Source: Pavona decussata
Taxonomy: Eukaryota
Assembly (NCBI GenBank): GCA_977016875.1
Contig: CDRNST010000218.1
Coordinates: 1,178,001 to 1,242,000, forward strand
Direction of reading: 5' to 3'
DNA length: 64,000 bases
Shown: in pieces, positions 26,000 through 38,317 of the stretch
Numbering within the stretch: position 1 is the stretch's first letter
How the letters are laid out: each line of letters begins with the position of its first letter
The notes under the pieces: model-generated
What the model was told of the DNA's origin: nothing
Database searches by the model: none
Seen by the model: only the letters and a program-made list of their open reading frames with translations
Position numbers and translations under genes: made by a program

Positions 26000-27246
26000 T
26001 ACTTGCCATAATTATTTTCTTTCCATTTTTGTATTTAGAGAGACATTTTTCATGGCAGCAACCACTCTGGAATAAACGATAATAAAATATTGCCTGAAGG
26101 TTGCAAGAAATTCTAATTACATGGGCAGTATTGTAGAAGATATGTATTTAACATGTACCCAATGGGTTATCAATGGGTAAACACCTAATGATTAATCAAC
26201 TCATTGATTGCTTACATGTTATGTCTGATTAGAATTTAAAATCTTCCAATGTTTTGGGCTTCATATATGACAAACAATTTTCAATGGTTTTTCTTGACCA
26301 TTTGCCAAACCATGTGCAAATTTACCATGAAACAAACCATGAAGGGATCAAAAGGTGTCTACCCAACCCCACAATGTCAAATTAAGGATCGCATTGGCAA
26401 AGAAGCGAATCGCATTTTAGTTAACAGTCATTGGCTGTTAACTTTGACTTCAGCCTCATTATTGAGCATAAACTGAGCTCAAAATAAAGAGAAAGGGATA
26501 CCTGTCTGTCTCTTCAACTTACATGAAAACATGTAAACACTGCCAATGAAATCAAATCCAGTTTAATTACAAAACACAAACCATGCAAAACCACAAACGC
26601 ATCACAAAACATTCATCGACAGCATGCTTTACATACTATTTGAAAATCTGAACATCTTGAATTCTCACCGCATATTTACAAGAAGACCAATATGCACAAG
26701 ACTCACAGAATAGTGTGCTGTCTCATAAGCAACAACATGCAAATCAAAATTCAGTGAACCTACAGAGTCAAACAGCTGATTGTTCTTAAATCTTAGGCAT
26801 GACAGGCCAAATTCAAATCATTCCAAATGATCATCTACCACTGACAGAAATTTAAAATCAGAGACCCACTGAGTAAATTTTGTCACAGACTTCACACATA
26901 AAATAACTGAAACATTTATTTTATTGTAAATTACAGTGCTACCCACTTGAAATTACAATTTGTAATAAAGAATATGATATCCACTATTAAATCTGTATGT
27001 GCAAATTTTTTATATGACTGTAAACCTGACAATCAGAGGTAACAAACTTAGATAACATGAACAGTAAAGCTTTCAAACAAATTTTAAGACTCAAAAGGTA
27101 TAAATTTTCTCCCTGTGACCACAGTGGAAATGGTCATTTTGTGTCACAAAATGCACCAGGCTTAATCATTTCAGTGTAAGCAGAAAGTTCACAAAAACCT
27201 CTCATACTTGAACAAGAGTAGCATTTGAAAAAGTTGCTAGTATGTT

Positions 27247-30189
27247 TTACATACAATTAAATGACTTTCCACATGTTTTCAAAACTGCCTCAACAGACAA
27301 CTTAAAATGATCTCCATTGACAAACGTTTTTGGCAGTGTAATCTCACACAGACAAGTGGAAGCAAAGATAGATGGTTGCTCAGAAAATTTCACTGATATT
27401 GTCTGCAGACCAAAATATGGGAGGGAAGGAGCACCGGTTACAAAGGTCAGAAACATCTTTAAAGTATCCTGAGAAGAGGCCAATAGAAACTGTCAGAATA
27501 CCATTCACTCTTTTCTCTTCATCATCCCTAGAGGTAGGGAACTTGAGACGGCTAACGACTGCTTCACTTGTAAGAGATGATCCGTTGAAGACAAAAAGTT
27601 CTTCAAAGAGCGCAGGATATTTATTCATTTTCTCTAGAAAGCCCAAACATGACAAACCATCTCTAAGCTGGTCAAGTGCAGTCTTCATTCCTCCAATTGC
27701 GTCATGGAAAAGTATGGCTTGTATTACAGAGGTCTTGTTCTCATTCTACAGAGACAGAGAAAAGGGAACAACAACAAATGCCATAAATAAAACTTAAACA
27801 CATACAAGTTCTCAGTTTTCAACCTCAACAAAGTACCAAGTATAATGCTACAATGCAGTGTTCAGAACTGTATTAGTTACAGCATTCTCATCTTGGAAAC
27901 ATTAATATTATGGCAACAGAATAATTTTACAATTTATTAGAATATAACATACACGGTAACATAACAGTCTATACTACACATCACTGACACAAATGCGTGT
28001 ATGGTAAAACATTAGAAGAAGCTCTTGTAAGCAACCACCTAAAATGCCAGAAAAGTGGTCACCTAGAAGAAGGATCGCTTAAGATAGGTCATAGATATGG
28101 TGATTTGACTGAAAGAAGGCAATTTTGTATCACAGACAAGTGGTCGCTTTACAAGACGTGGTCAGAAAGGGAGGTTCAACTGCAAGTTTAAAACTTTCTG
28201 CCAACCTTTAAGACCATTGTAAGTCCACACTCAGACATAACATTTGTAACAGCTTCCTCCATGGAGATTTCATCAGCATTCTGAGCATTCTGGATCTAAA
28301 CAGACACCAAAGTCCTTAGAAAAGTTCAGAACACTTACGGTTGTAAATGTATCTCAAACAGTCAATGGAAATAGCACTGTGTGAGTTTGCAAAAGTATCA
28401 TTTATAGTATTGGGAGTGAAAAAGAGTGAAAAAGGGTAAACCAGCCTATGGCAGGTCTATTTTGGGGATATGGGGCCTAGGTTGAGAGCAGTTGAGGGTG
28501 CGGCTATGACTCTTCACTCTTCACCCACACCCCTAACTCCCCAGCCCCACAAGCCCCCTCCAAGAAAAGGTCTACCCCTCTTTCCAAATACATAATGATG
28601 GCTTGCTGCTGCAGTACTGCTATGTATTAGCCAAATTACATTTCTGGGCTGTTGGTTTTCATTGGTGTAGAAAATTTGGACTATGCAGTGCTATTCAGTA
28701 AAAGATAAGGGGAATAACTCAAATATTTTCCCTTAACATATGCATAAAAGCTTGTGGGATAAACACACACACACAAACACACCTACCTTAAGCACAACAT
28801 CCTTATAGTTGGGATTTGCACAGTCGTCAAAGCACAATTGCTGTATGGCTGCATCCACGCTCCCTGTCGCAAGGTACCAATATAATGCTGAAGAAAAGAA
28901 TGGGAATCCAGGGCCCCCATACAGCACACTATGAACAATGATTGTGCCAATAATCTTCATTAGCCCTGAAATTAAAATATCAGTGTTGTAGAGAGGAACC
29001 TTTCTGCTCTCTCCTAAAAAATAAGTCACAGATAGCCTATGCAGGAGATCTGAAAAGAAATGACGAGAAACACCACCGGTATCAGAGGCTGGTTGGCCAC
29101 TGTAAACAACTCGCACGCCAGCTTTAGGGTCGAAGTCTGGCCTCTTGTAAAATGCCACAGCATCAGCTACAAGATCTTCTTCATCAACTCGCAGCTTTTT
29201 CCGGTCGAAAGCATCATTCAACTTCCCCTTTAACTTTTCTATCAATAGCTCCAGGCTCATGAGTGGGATCTGTGATTCGAGCTCAGGACTACTACTCCTG
29301 TCTGCAAGGAAGGACGCAGCTTCTTGCAGAGAGTTACTGCAGTCATAAGCAAGTTTCAATTCTTCCTCTTTCGTTTCAGGGAACATCTCCTTTAGTACAA
29401 GGAAGCTTCTCTCTTGATCCATCGCAGAAGCACCAGAAAAAGTGGATGGAAGCCCATCACTATCAGCAACTGTTTGGGGTTCTGTGGTCAGTGGTCGCTC
29501 AGGTGTTTTGACATCCCCCAGATCATCCTCCAATGTGTCCCAGGGGCACCTGTCTAAATCTGAGTCTCCATCAACTTCCTCAGAGTTCTTGTGCAGAACT
29601 TTGTCAGGTCTAAGATAAATACTTCCTTGCCCTGAAATGCTTAGAACTCGTGCTGCATTCATTGTAATCCCATCTGCAACTTTTGGGGGAACAATTTCAC
29701 CATAGCATGCTTCGGCAAATTTGAAATTGGCACACTTAGAAACCAAAATTGCCATGACCTATCGATTGGAAATTCGTGCACCACGATCCCATCATTTTCC
29801 AGCGTTATTCTCGATCGGTGAGTCGGTGAGTATGTTTTCTTCTTTGCCAAAGCGGGTGCCTTAGAACGAGTCCCTTGCTTAGACTTGAACTCTGACTTTC
29901 GTCTTCCTGAATTGCCCGACAATGACGGAAAAGCTTCTCGCAATGACTGCCTCACAGCTTCTCCAGAACGACTGATGCTCGAAGCACGTGCACGCAAGGA
30001 CGCTGCTTGTGGACCTAGTGCGGATGTTCCAGCCGTTTGTTGAGAAGGATTTTCCAATGGGTTGGTTAACTGGTTTTCAATGGTATTTCCATGGCCATTT
30101 ACATTTTCTTCTTATCTTTGCAGCTGAGAAGTCGCCTGGCGAGTGATGTCCGCTAAAGCTTGACGAACATTGCCGCCTTGATCCGCCAT
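27247..30189 (-). pseudogene. Three-exon CUE-like + HECT E3 ubiquitin ligase-like gene carried by the IS3EU
   Basis: Exons 30189-28787, 28295-28206 and 27745-27247, all phase-0 GT-AG. CUE-like LKEMFPE...LQEAASFL. HECT N-lobe VRVVYSGQPASDTGGVSRHFF and IVHSVLYGGPGFPFF. C-lobe FLTFVTG...FASTCLCEITLP. A few stops and frameshifts. Confidence 0.82.
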
Positions 30190-30636
30190 TTTGTATCAAA
30201 GAAGGCGAGTCCAAGATGGCGGCCACCCGCACCAGTCCCTCCCGTTCAGGTTGTTTACGCGCGATGCATCATGCCATAAATATTGAGTTGAGCATAAATT
30301 TTCAGTTGACCATAAATTTCGAGTTTGGCCTAAATTCAAATTGAAACGCTCCTCAAAAGAAAAGTTTAGGACAAACTAAAACATTACCACACATCCGTAC
30401 AAGTAAAGTTGGCCATAATTCTTGAGTTCTGCATAAAGTTCATACTGAGAACACTCCATAACGCCGAAAGTTTAGCATAAATTGTAAGTTTAGGATATAT
30501 TTTTAAAATATACAATAATGTCCCAATCGGCGCCCCATAAATGCACGCAACGCCTCATAATAGCTATTGATTAAACAACTGCTTTCGTGGTTGTTATTTT
30601 GATTTAATTATCAGAGCTGTTTGTTTTTGCAACCTC

Positions 30637-31200
30637 CTAAAGTGATCCCTGAAACAAAGTAATTCTGCACTCTGTTAAAAAGGTACAAACTTCTATTACA
30701 CTTTGCAGCAACCACCTCGGGTGACGCGAGATCGATGATGTACATTTGAAATCTTTTAGTTGTTTGAAAATGTGTTCAACTCTAACGCGCTTTCTCGCAA
30801 GCTCTCTGTTGAACTTTCTTGCCCTACGTCTTTCTCTGTTGTTCCGCATTGCGCGTATTTGTGCTTGACGAAACGGTGTTAGCAAAGGAACATTATCAGG
30901 ATACCCTTTATCAGCTAGGAGCACTACTTCGTTCGGCAAATCTAGCACCTGCCCTGGACCAACAGGTTCCATTAAGTGGAATGTTTGGGAGTCATGCATG
31001 CCTCCAAGAAAGCCTGTCTGTAAAAATCGAATGTGACCTGTGTTGTCACAGATTAGTTGAGTGTTTAATAAATGAAAGTGACTGTGTCCACTATAAAATT
31101 CTCTCTGTGGCTCTGTTGAGGGAATCTGAATTTCATGTGGCGTAACGTCGATGCTTCCTACTGCATCTGGAAATTCTGGCCAATTGTTGCGAAGCGCGTC
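30637..31200 (-). pseudogene. Harbinger (DDE_Tnp_4) transposase C-terminal fragment
   Basis: GMHDS, LLADKGY, LLTP and FNRELARKRVRVEHIFKQLK. Confidence 0.88.
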
Positions 31201-32499
31201 CCATTCTCTCGTGCATTTCTGTTATTGTTATTTGCATGTCCAACATAAGTAGTTTGATATTTGCATACGCAACGCTCTTGTGCAGAACAACTCTACTGAA
31301 AGGATCCATCTCTCTAAGCCACAAGAGACAAACAAATTCATGGCGGAACACAATCCACCACCTCATGCTTTTTTTGACATTGCAAGTGTTTTCAACATAC
31401 TTTGCCTGCTTGACATGCTTGGCCTCTTGACCCTGCATGGAGTTAAGGCCACGTCTAAACCCAAGTTTCTCCAGCAACTGGTCGGTGTGATATGGGATAG
31501 CACATCCCACTGTCCGCACAGTTGGATTCACACCACTTAACAGCAGGCAATTTGCTGTGAAGTACTGCTGGCCCAAGATCTTCAAATGCTCCACTTGCTG
31601 CTTGTTTACATCTACCCTGGAGTAAATGGCAGCAGCATCCCTGATTTTTACACCAGTAAATGCCAATGTGTGCAGTTTCACCACAGACCCACTTGATAGA
31701 TTGTTTATCTTCAGTAGTTCCTGAATAAGGTAAGTGAAGTTCCATGAAAACTTCTTTGATTCCAGTCCAGTGAATCTGTAAGAGAAAGAAATTCCCTTTT
31801 TTCTCTTCTCACTGAACCACCTGTTGGAGCTGTTGCAAAGCCTTCCACACTTTGTAGTTCCCAGCACACAGTTCAGAAATGCTACCAGTGGTGATGTGAT
31901 AGGAAGATCTGACACCACTGTTGCTGTTTTGAGTTTAGCCTGGTCAGTGTACTGCATGGCCACTGTCAGGATGGCTAAAAACCACTGCTGCCAGGCATGG
32001 AGGGGCTCCGTCTTAACCAAATCCACATATTTGCCCAGTTGGGGAACAAATTCTTGCCTAGATTTTTGCTCAGCAATGAACTTGGTGACCTCTGCTCTTT
32101 GTTTCCCCCCAGGATCTTTAAGTTTAGCTTTAACCTTCTCAACTTTCTCTGCAACCTCACTTCTCTTCTTGTAATTCCATGGTTGCCAAGTTTCTATAGG
32201 TCCACCAATTGAGCCACCAATGGTCAATTTGTTAGTCTGGTTCACATTGGCAAAGGGTGAAAAGTAAACAGCACAGTTATTAAGTTCTCCAGACATGGAT
32301 GAAACCCATTTCATGTCACTTGGGATTAGCTGAAATCTAAATTCAACTACCGTCGTTTTCATCTAAGCGTGGACACGTGATAGAAAAACATGTTCTAATT
32401 GGGTGCAAACATGACATGCTTGGTAACAAAACATTTGAAGTTTTACAGCCGGTAAGCAAACTTTCGCGCCAAGGTTTGAAAGTTTACAAATTTGTTAAT

Positions 32500-33540
32500 A
32501 TGTTTTCGATAAACAAATACGGCTGCAACTTCAAACCAGGCATTCCTCTGTCCAAGGATTTCAGAAATGACGTGATTCAGATGGCGGCTATGCGTCCAAT
32601 AAGCGAAATATTTAGAAGGTATCGTATAAATTGTTCAACTGTCCACAAGTACACTAAACAATATCGCGAAACAGGCAATATTGACCCACTTTCAAGAAAG
32701 CACATCAGAACACCAAGCAAACTGTCGTTCGGTGATTCCATGTTATTGGAGATGATTGTCCGAAGTAAGGGATCCACCTCTCTAAATGAAATTGGAATTG
32801 GGTAACTTTGGTGATTGCGGTGAGCTGTCACTTTCTACCCTGTCAAAACATGTTCGCAAAAACCTATCAAGCGGTAAAGACTACTTGCCTAAGCACTTAG
32901 GAAAGTGCGCCGGTGAAAGGTTCACGCATGAAAACCTTGTCTACACACAGCTGTTCTTAGATTACTTGTGCAATAAAGATCCCTCTTCCGTTAAGTTTTT
33001 TGATGAAAGCGGATTTCAACTGCCGGATAGTGGACACCGAGTCTATGGTTACTCTCCTGTGGGCGAGCAGTGTTTTGATGTGGGATGCTATTTATCAACC
33101 GCGAATATTACTCTCAACTTTCTAGCCGGTGTTGATGGATTGAAGTACGCAAATATTGTTCGAGGTGCGTCAAATTCGATTGAATTTTTGAGATTTTTCT
33201 CCGAAGCATCTCAAACAGTTGATCCTAATACCTCAAGACCAGTTTTGGAAGTTGGAGACATTATAGTGGTGGACAATTTTGCCGCCCATCACGGTGATGC
33301 CGAAGTAGCTCTTCGCAGTTTTTTAAGTGATGTGGGAATGGAACTCTTGTTTTTGCAAGCTTATTCTCCTGACCTCAACCCTGACGAGGAAGTTTTTTCA
33401 AAGCTGAAATACCTCTTGAAATACCAATATCAAGATCTATTGTGTTTGAAAATTTGGAATATGCTGTATGGTGTCCGGTCGGTGATCTAGAAGCTACTGA
33501 CATGCACGGATATTACCGCCACACTGGATATTTGATTTGA
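32500..33540 (+). pseudogene. DD37E transposase with paired-like HTH N-terminus
   Basis: FFDESGF, VVDNFAAHH and AYSPDLNPDE, with 37 residues between D2 and E. Frameshifts near 32790 and 33440. Confidence 0.88.
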
Positions 33541-34157
33541 TTGACAAGAAGCGGACAAACTCTGTTGTTGTAACTTTGAGAGTTACCTTGAATACTGAGT
33601 TGCTGTTGTTGCTGCGTATTTTTCAATTTTCAGAGTCGTCACACTCTCTCTAATTCATTCTGTTATCGTTCTCGTGAACAAATCAGTTCACCATGTCAGC
33701 AAGCGTGAAGCGTGACCCTGTAAACAACAAACGAGTTCATAATGACAAATTAAAAAAATGTATTTGTTGCGTAGATTAGTCTCCTCTTTATTTAATTACA
33801 TCAGAACCGCTACTGAAGTAACCACATGATAGGACTGAAGCAAAGAAAGGTAATCACTGAGGGAATGAACATGTAACATGCTAACTCAACGACAAAATCT
33901 TCTTAAGTAACCTCACCGAGGCTGCCAGTCTCAGTTTTGTTTTGCCACTTCACTGAAGACTTGAAATACCATAAACTATCGACTGAAGGTTTTTTTCTTT
34001 CATGAACTTTTTTTTTTCCTCTTTTAAGTTAAAACTCAACGTTAAAGTGTAACAAACAAGTGGTGCCACGGAGTCTATTACGTTTGAAAAAATTATGAAC
34101 TTCTCAAAATGTTGCCCATATGCATAAGTTCATACTGGAAAATAACCGGAGAAAAAA

Positions 34158-35469
34158 CTAAACTAAACGATTACTTTGAAGAGCCCAGCTGATATATTTC
34201 AAATGTTTGTTGCAATTCAGTGTTCTGACTTCTTTCGACTGAGAGATAACAATAGTTGCGGCCTCCTCGCTGCTGTTTGTCTGACTTGTAGTTCCATTCG
34301 CGCATACCTCCTGACTGTAAGGCTCATCGACTAAGGACAATTTCATGGGCATTTAAAATTGCTCTTCTTCCTCTTCCTCTGAATTAGGAGTAAGTAAGCT
34401 TACTGGAGATCTTTTGCCCTTCTTATCAGGAAACTGGATTCCGTAAGATGTGTTTGGATTCCATTGGAGAACACGGGTTTGGTTGTTTTCGCGCGCTTGA
34501 CCTTTGCGCAGTCAACCCAAGAGGATCTTGGTATTTCTTTTCAACGATAGATTTAACAATTTCACGTGAAGGCAATGTACCTAACTTGAAATTCTTGTTA
34601 ATGAAAGCCACATCTTGCTGAATTTTCAGCCAATTGCGAATGCCATTTTCCTTATACTAATCGGGGAATTCTTCCATCAGAATATCCTCGAAGTTTTTGT
34701 TTACAGAATTGGTGACACTAGAAAACGCAGCCTGTCGGGCAGTTAACTCTTGGGAAATCTTTTTAACGGACGTTTCCAAAGTCGCAATAACGCATCTCTT
34801 CTCCTGGAAAACCAATTTCTCATCGGGGTGTTTGGACAGGTCACCACAAAGGAATGAAGATTCACATTTTTTTTCCACACATGATCTAACTGTGTGATTC
34901 TTTTGATGACAGTTTGAACACCTTTGGCCAGCGCGGCCAATTACTGAGGCAGCTCCCTTTATTCGATCAAGCATGGTTTCTACCTCTCCTTTCTTTCGCT
35001 TTGTTTCTTCATTTTTGGCTTTCAGTTCATCTTCTTTGCTCTGAATGTACCATTCATCAGGAGGCAACAAACCAAATTTGTGAGGCTTAGAAATTTTGGT
35101 CTGAGTTCTGGAAGACAATGGCTGGCATGGATCGCTTTCGTCGAATGCGCTTGCCTGAAATTCCACAGAAATGTCTCCTTGAATTAAGACTGCTTTTTCT
35201 TAAGTTTTCATCAACCTTGCCTTCTACCAGTATGAAAGATCGATTCTCTCCCGACTTCAGTTTAGGAGTACGTATTTTAGTTACATATTCAGGATAAGCC
35301 GTCGATGTCCTTCTGGAACTTCCACTCCTAAGTTTTGAAAATCCTGTTCGCGCCAATACTTCATCATTACACTTGACGAGGACCCACATTTACGGAAAGC
35401 GGAAGCATACCTCAACAGATCTGGATCAATTTCCTCGAAGAAGTCTTCGATATCCATTCTTTCTGCCAT
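34158..35469 (-). pseudogene. SAM-like domain + zinc knuckle + coiled-coil protein (accessory gene of the DD37E element)
   Basis: LLRYASAFRK...EQDFQNLGVEVPEGHRRLIL (SAM-like) and CSNCHQKNHTVRSC...C...C...H. Colinear broken ORFs from 35469 to 34158. Confidence 0.6.
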
Positions 35470-37297
35470 TTTGGAAAACGTGGTCAAAAACCCTTCAAAC
35501 TTCAAATGTTTGGCAGCCAAACATGTCATGTTTACACCCAATTAGAACATGTTTTTCTGTCAGGTGTCCACGCTTAGATGAAAACGACGGTACATGGCCT
35601 TGATCAGTTTTTAACGTAGCCCCTTCCATGAGCTCCATTTCTTCGACCAAGTGCTTTGTATACTGCTTCATTAGTGGAGTATCTTCAGCACAAGTAGCAC
35701 CCATAAGAAGGTGGTTGTCATTGCAGCTCTGCACCTTATGTAGAAGGTTCAGAATGCTGACAAGGTATGCTATGAATGAAAACAAAAACATTTCATCAAA
35801 CAAAATAAAATATAATTTAAAAGGTGGCAAATTATTCACAGTATTGAATACTATCACAATTTTTCTGATTAGGAAATAGATAATAATATTATAATGATCA
35901 TAAGTAATTATTTAAATATTTTACAGAGCTCAAATGTTTTAATTAATAACATAAATATTTGACATTAAAATACAAAAAAACATTTCATTCAAATGTGTGT
36001 TTTACTGTGAAACTTAATGAAAACTGTGTCACCAGAAATATTTATGTAATGTTATAGTGTTACAATTAGGATAAAGCCAATCAGGGGTGAGAAAACTGAA
36101 CCGTAAACAGCAACAGTAATTAGTTGTGATTTCGAGGTTGGCTTGCATGTCCTGAGAATTCATGTAATAGGTCACTGCACAATCAGCATTCCTGAAACAT
36201 TTCGGGTGTTCATGGTTTTCTGAGTTTAACAGTTGAGTAACATCATCTTGTCTTACCACTAAATTAGTGATACAATATCTGTCTATGGTAGTATCCGAAG
36301 ATAATAATTTACCTGTTGCTGTATCATCCTTCCCAAAGGGAGCACCACCTGCACCAATTGCTACGTGCAAAACTCCTTTTTCTCCATTGAACCAGTGTAG
36401 GCATGGGGTTTTGCTGTCCAGAAACAAGAACAGATCTGCAAGCCTCAGCAAAAAAGGCTTCAATGGCCTGTAAACACCAGACGTTGATTCCATTGAATAT
36501 TTACTGGGCAGATTATCCAAGGATAACACTTCACCAATTTCCATGCTTCTGACAAAGCACATGAGTGTTTTGCAGGACAAAATTGTTGGAACTTCGCATC
36601 CTGTCATAAATTCTGTCTTCATGTTTTTCTTTTTCTTTTCAGTTTCTCCCACAACATCTGAACTGTTCCTAATGCTTGTGTACTTTCTCTTGCTTATGAG
36701 GCCTCCTTCATAAAGTACACGCAAGCTTCTCACTTTATTATCCTTTGCGTGTTCATAATTCTCCAATTAAACGAGACTTACCTGTAAGTTGAAGTTTGAT
36801 TTGGATTCTATCTTGTCATCAGTCCGGAACGAAGGAGTAACATGAGAAGCACGCGCGCTAGCTTACTGAGCCATTATTTAAAGAAAAGGATTGTTGGAGA
36901 TCACAGGAACGAAGGAGTAGGGATGGGTAAATTCCAAAGGGAGGGCATGTTACTCCTTCGTTCCGGACTGATGACAAGATAGAATCCAAATCAAACTTCA
37001 ACTTACAGGTAAGTCTCGTTTAATTGGAGAATTCTATCTGTCATCAGTCCCACGTCACTATGGAGTACCATGAGAGTTCAAAGCCTGTGAGCTCCAACAT
37101 GACCATGAGACGTACCAAAAATAAGTCGGGTACGTGGTCTAAAAAGGAGGATGTGGCGTGTCATACAAGAGAAAAAGCAACTGGAGTTTAATTAAGTCAA
37201 TCAAGACATTGCGAGACAAATGTGTCGACAAGCGAGATTATGTAATAACAAAAGATAATTGGTAAATGGAACAACGACAAGAAAACATTTCCGTTTT

Positions 37298-38300
37298 CTA
37301 GTTAGTCTGTGTAACAGAGTCAAAATGAGTCAGAAGAGTTTGACCCAGGTTGCCGCTAATAGGCTTGTTATAGTGTTCAGCGAATGTTCGAGCGTTCGCC
37401 CATCCCCCAGCCTTGAGAATGTCCACTAGAGGAAGTTGTGCGTTGGCGCTGTAAGAGGTGGAGGCTGTTCGACTACTATGTGCTGAGAATATGCTGACGT
37501 TGATTCCAGCATCCTTGAGCGTTGATTTAATCCATCGAGCAACAGTAGAGTTGGTGATGGGCTTGTGCCATTTCGTATAACTAATCAGGAGGCATGAGTC
37601 GCTGCAAAGCAAGTGCATTTTCGTGATGTAATGTTTTATGTGGGTTACCAGGCAAAGACGGCTGTCTTGGGAGAATGATCGGATTTCAATGGGCGCAAGG
37701 TGTTTGCCAGGTGGAGTTGTTTTCAGGGTGTCCCGTATCGTAAAGATAATTCCGGTCGTGGTTTCCTGCATACATGAGGTGTCCAGTTTGGAGAGTGTTT
37801 GAGTTCGCTGTGCCGTGACAAGAGCAAGTAACATTGTAAGATTCCGTGTAAGTTGTTTTAATGTCAAGTCGTTAAGGGCCTGAAATGATCAGAGATAAGA
37901 TAGGACAGTGCCAACGTCCCATATAGTGGAGTACCTGGGCAGAGATGGGCTAAGTTCAAAAGTTCCTTTGAGAAACGCAATACCAGGGGATGTTCTCTGA
38001 AAGTGGTCTTATCAGCGGGTGTTACAACCGAGGACAAAGCGGATTGTGCAGTGTTGATAGCACTGTAACCGACGCCTTGTTTGTAAAGTAAGTGAGAAAA
38101 TCCAGACCGTCGTTAATGGTGGCATGGGCGACGTCCAATTGTTTGTTTTTGCAATAGGTCACCCATCGAGAGAGGTAGGTTGTGTACTGTTTCCCGGTGG
38201 ATTTTCTCCAAGAGGCCATGAGGATGTCTATGGTATCAGGGGATAAACCTAGCTTTTGTAATTGCTCCCGGACAAGTGGCATACTAGCAGCGTCAGGTTC
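37298..38300 (-). pseudogene. DIRS tyrosine recombinase
   Basis: ASWRKSTGKQY, LLALVTAQR, HSSRTAS and GW...TFAEHYNKP. Confidence 0.9.
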
Positions 38301-38317
38301 TTGTGAAGTGGATGTAG

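Larger units (their letters stand above)
23532..30539. mobile_element. IS3EU-type DNA transposon, structurally complete
   Basis: 327-bp near-identical TIRs (23532-23858, 30213-30539), TATGG...CCATA termini, 6-bp TSD AATGCA at 23526-23531 and 30540-30545. Confidence 0.9.
23444..31294 (-). mobile_element. Internally deleted PIF/Harbinger element (about 0.84 kb of its own sequence) carrying the IS3EU insert
   Basis: ~85-bp TIRs (G/A)GAGTTGTT(C)C/TGCACAA...ACAATAACAGA. 3-bp TSD ACT at 23441-23443 and 31295-31297. Confidence 0.85.
32350..35590. mobile_element. IS630/Tc1/mariner-superfamily element (DD37E) with a second convergent gene
   Basis: ~95-bp TIRs CCGTCGTTTTCATCTAAGCGTGGACAC..., TA TSD at 32348-32349 and 35591-35592. 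The host frame is restored on removal. Confidence 0.9.

Noticed and set aside
27247-30189. Host G2E3-like gene
   Set aside because: It lies wholly inside the IS3EU TIRs and TSD, has no PHD/RING N-terminus, and carries disabling mutations.
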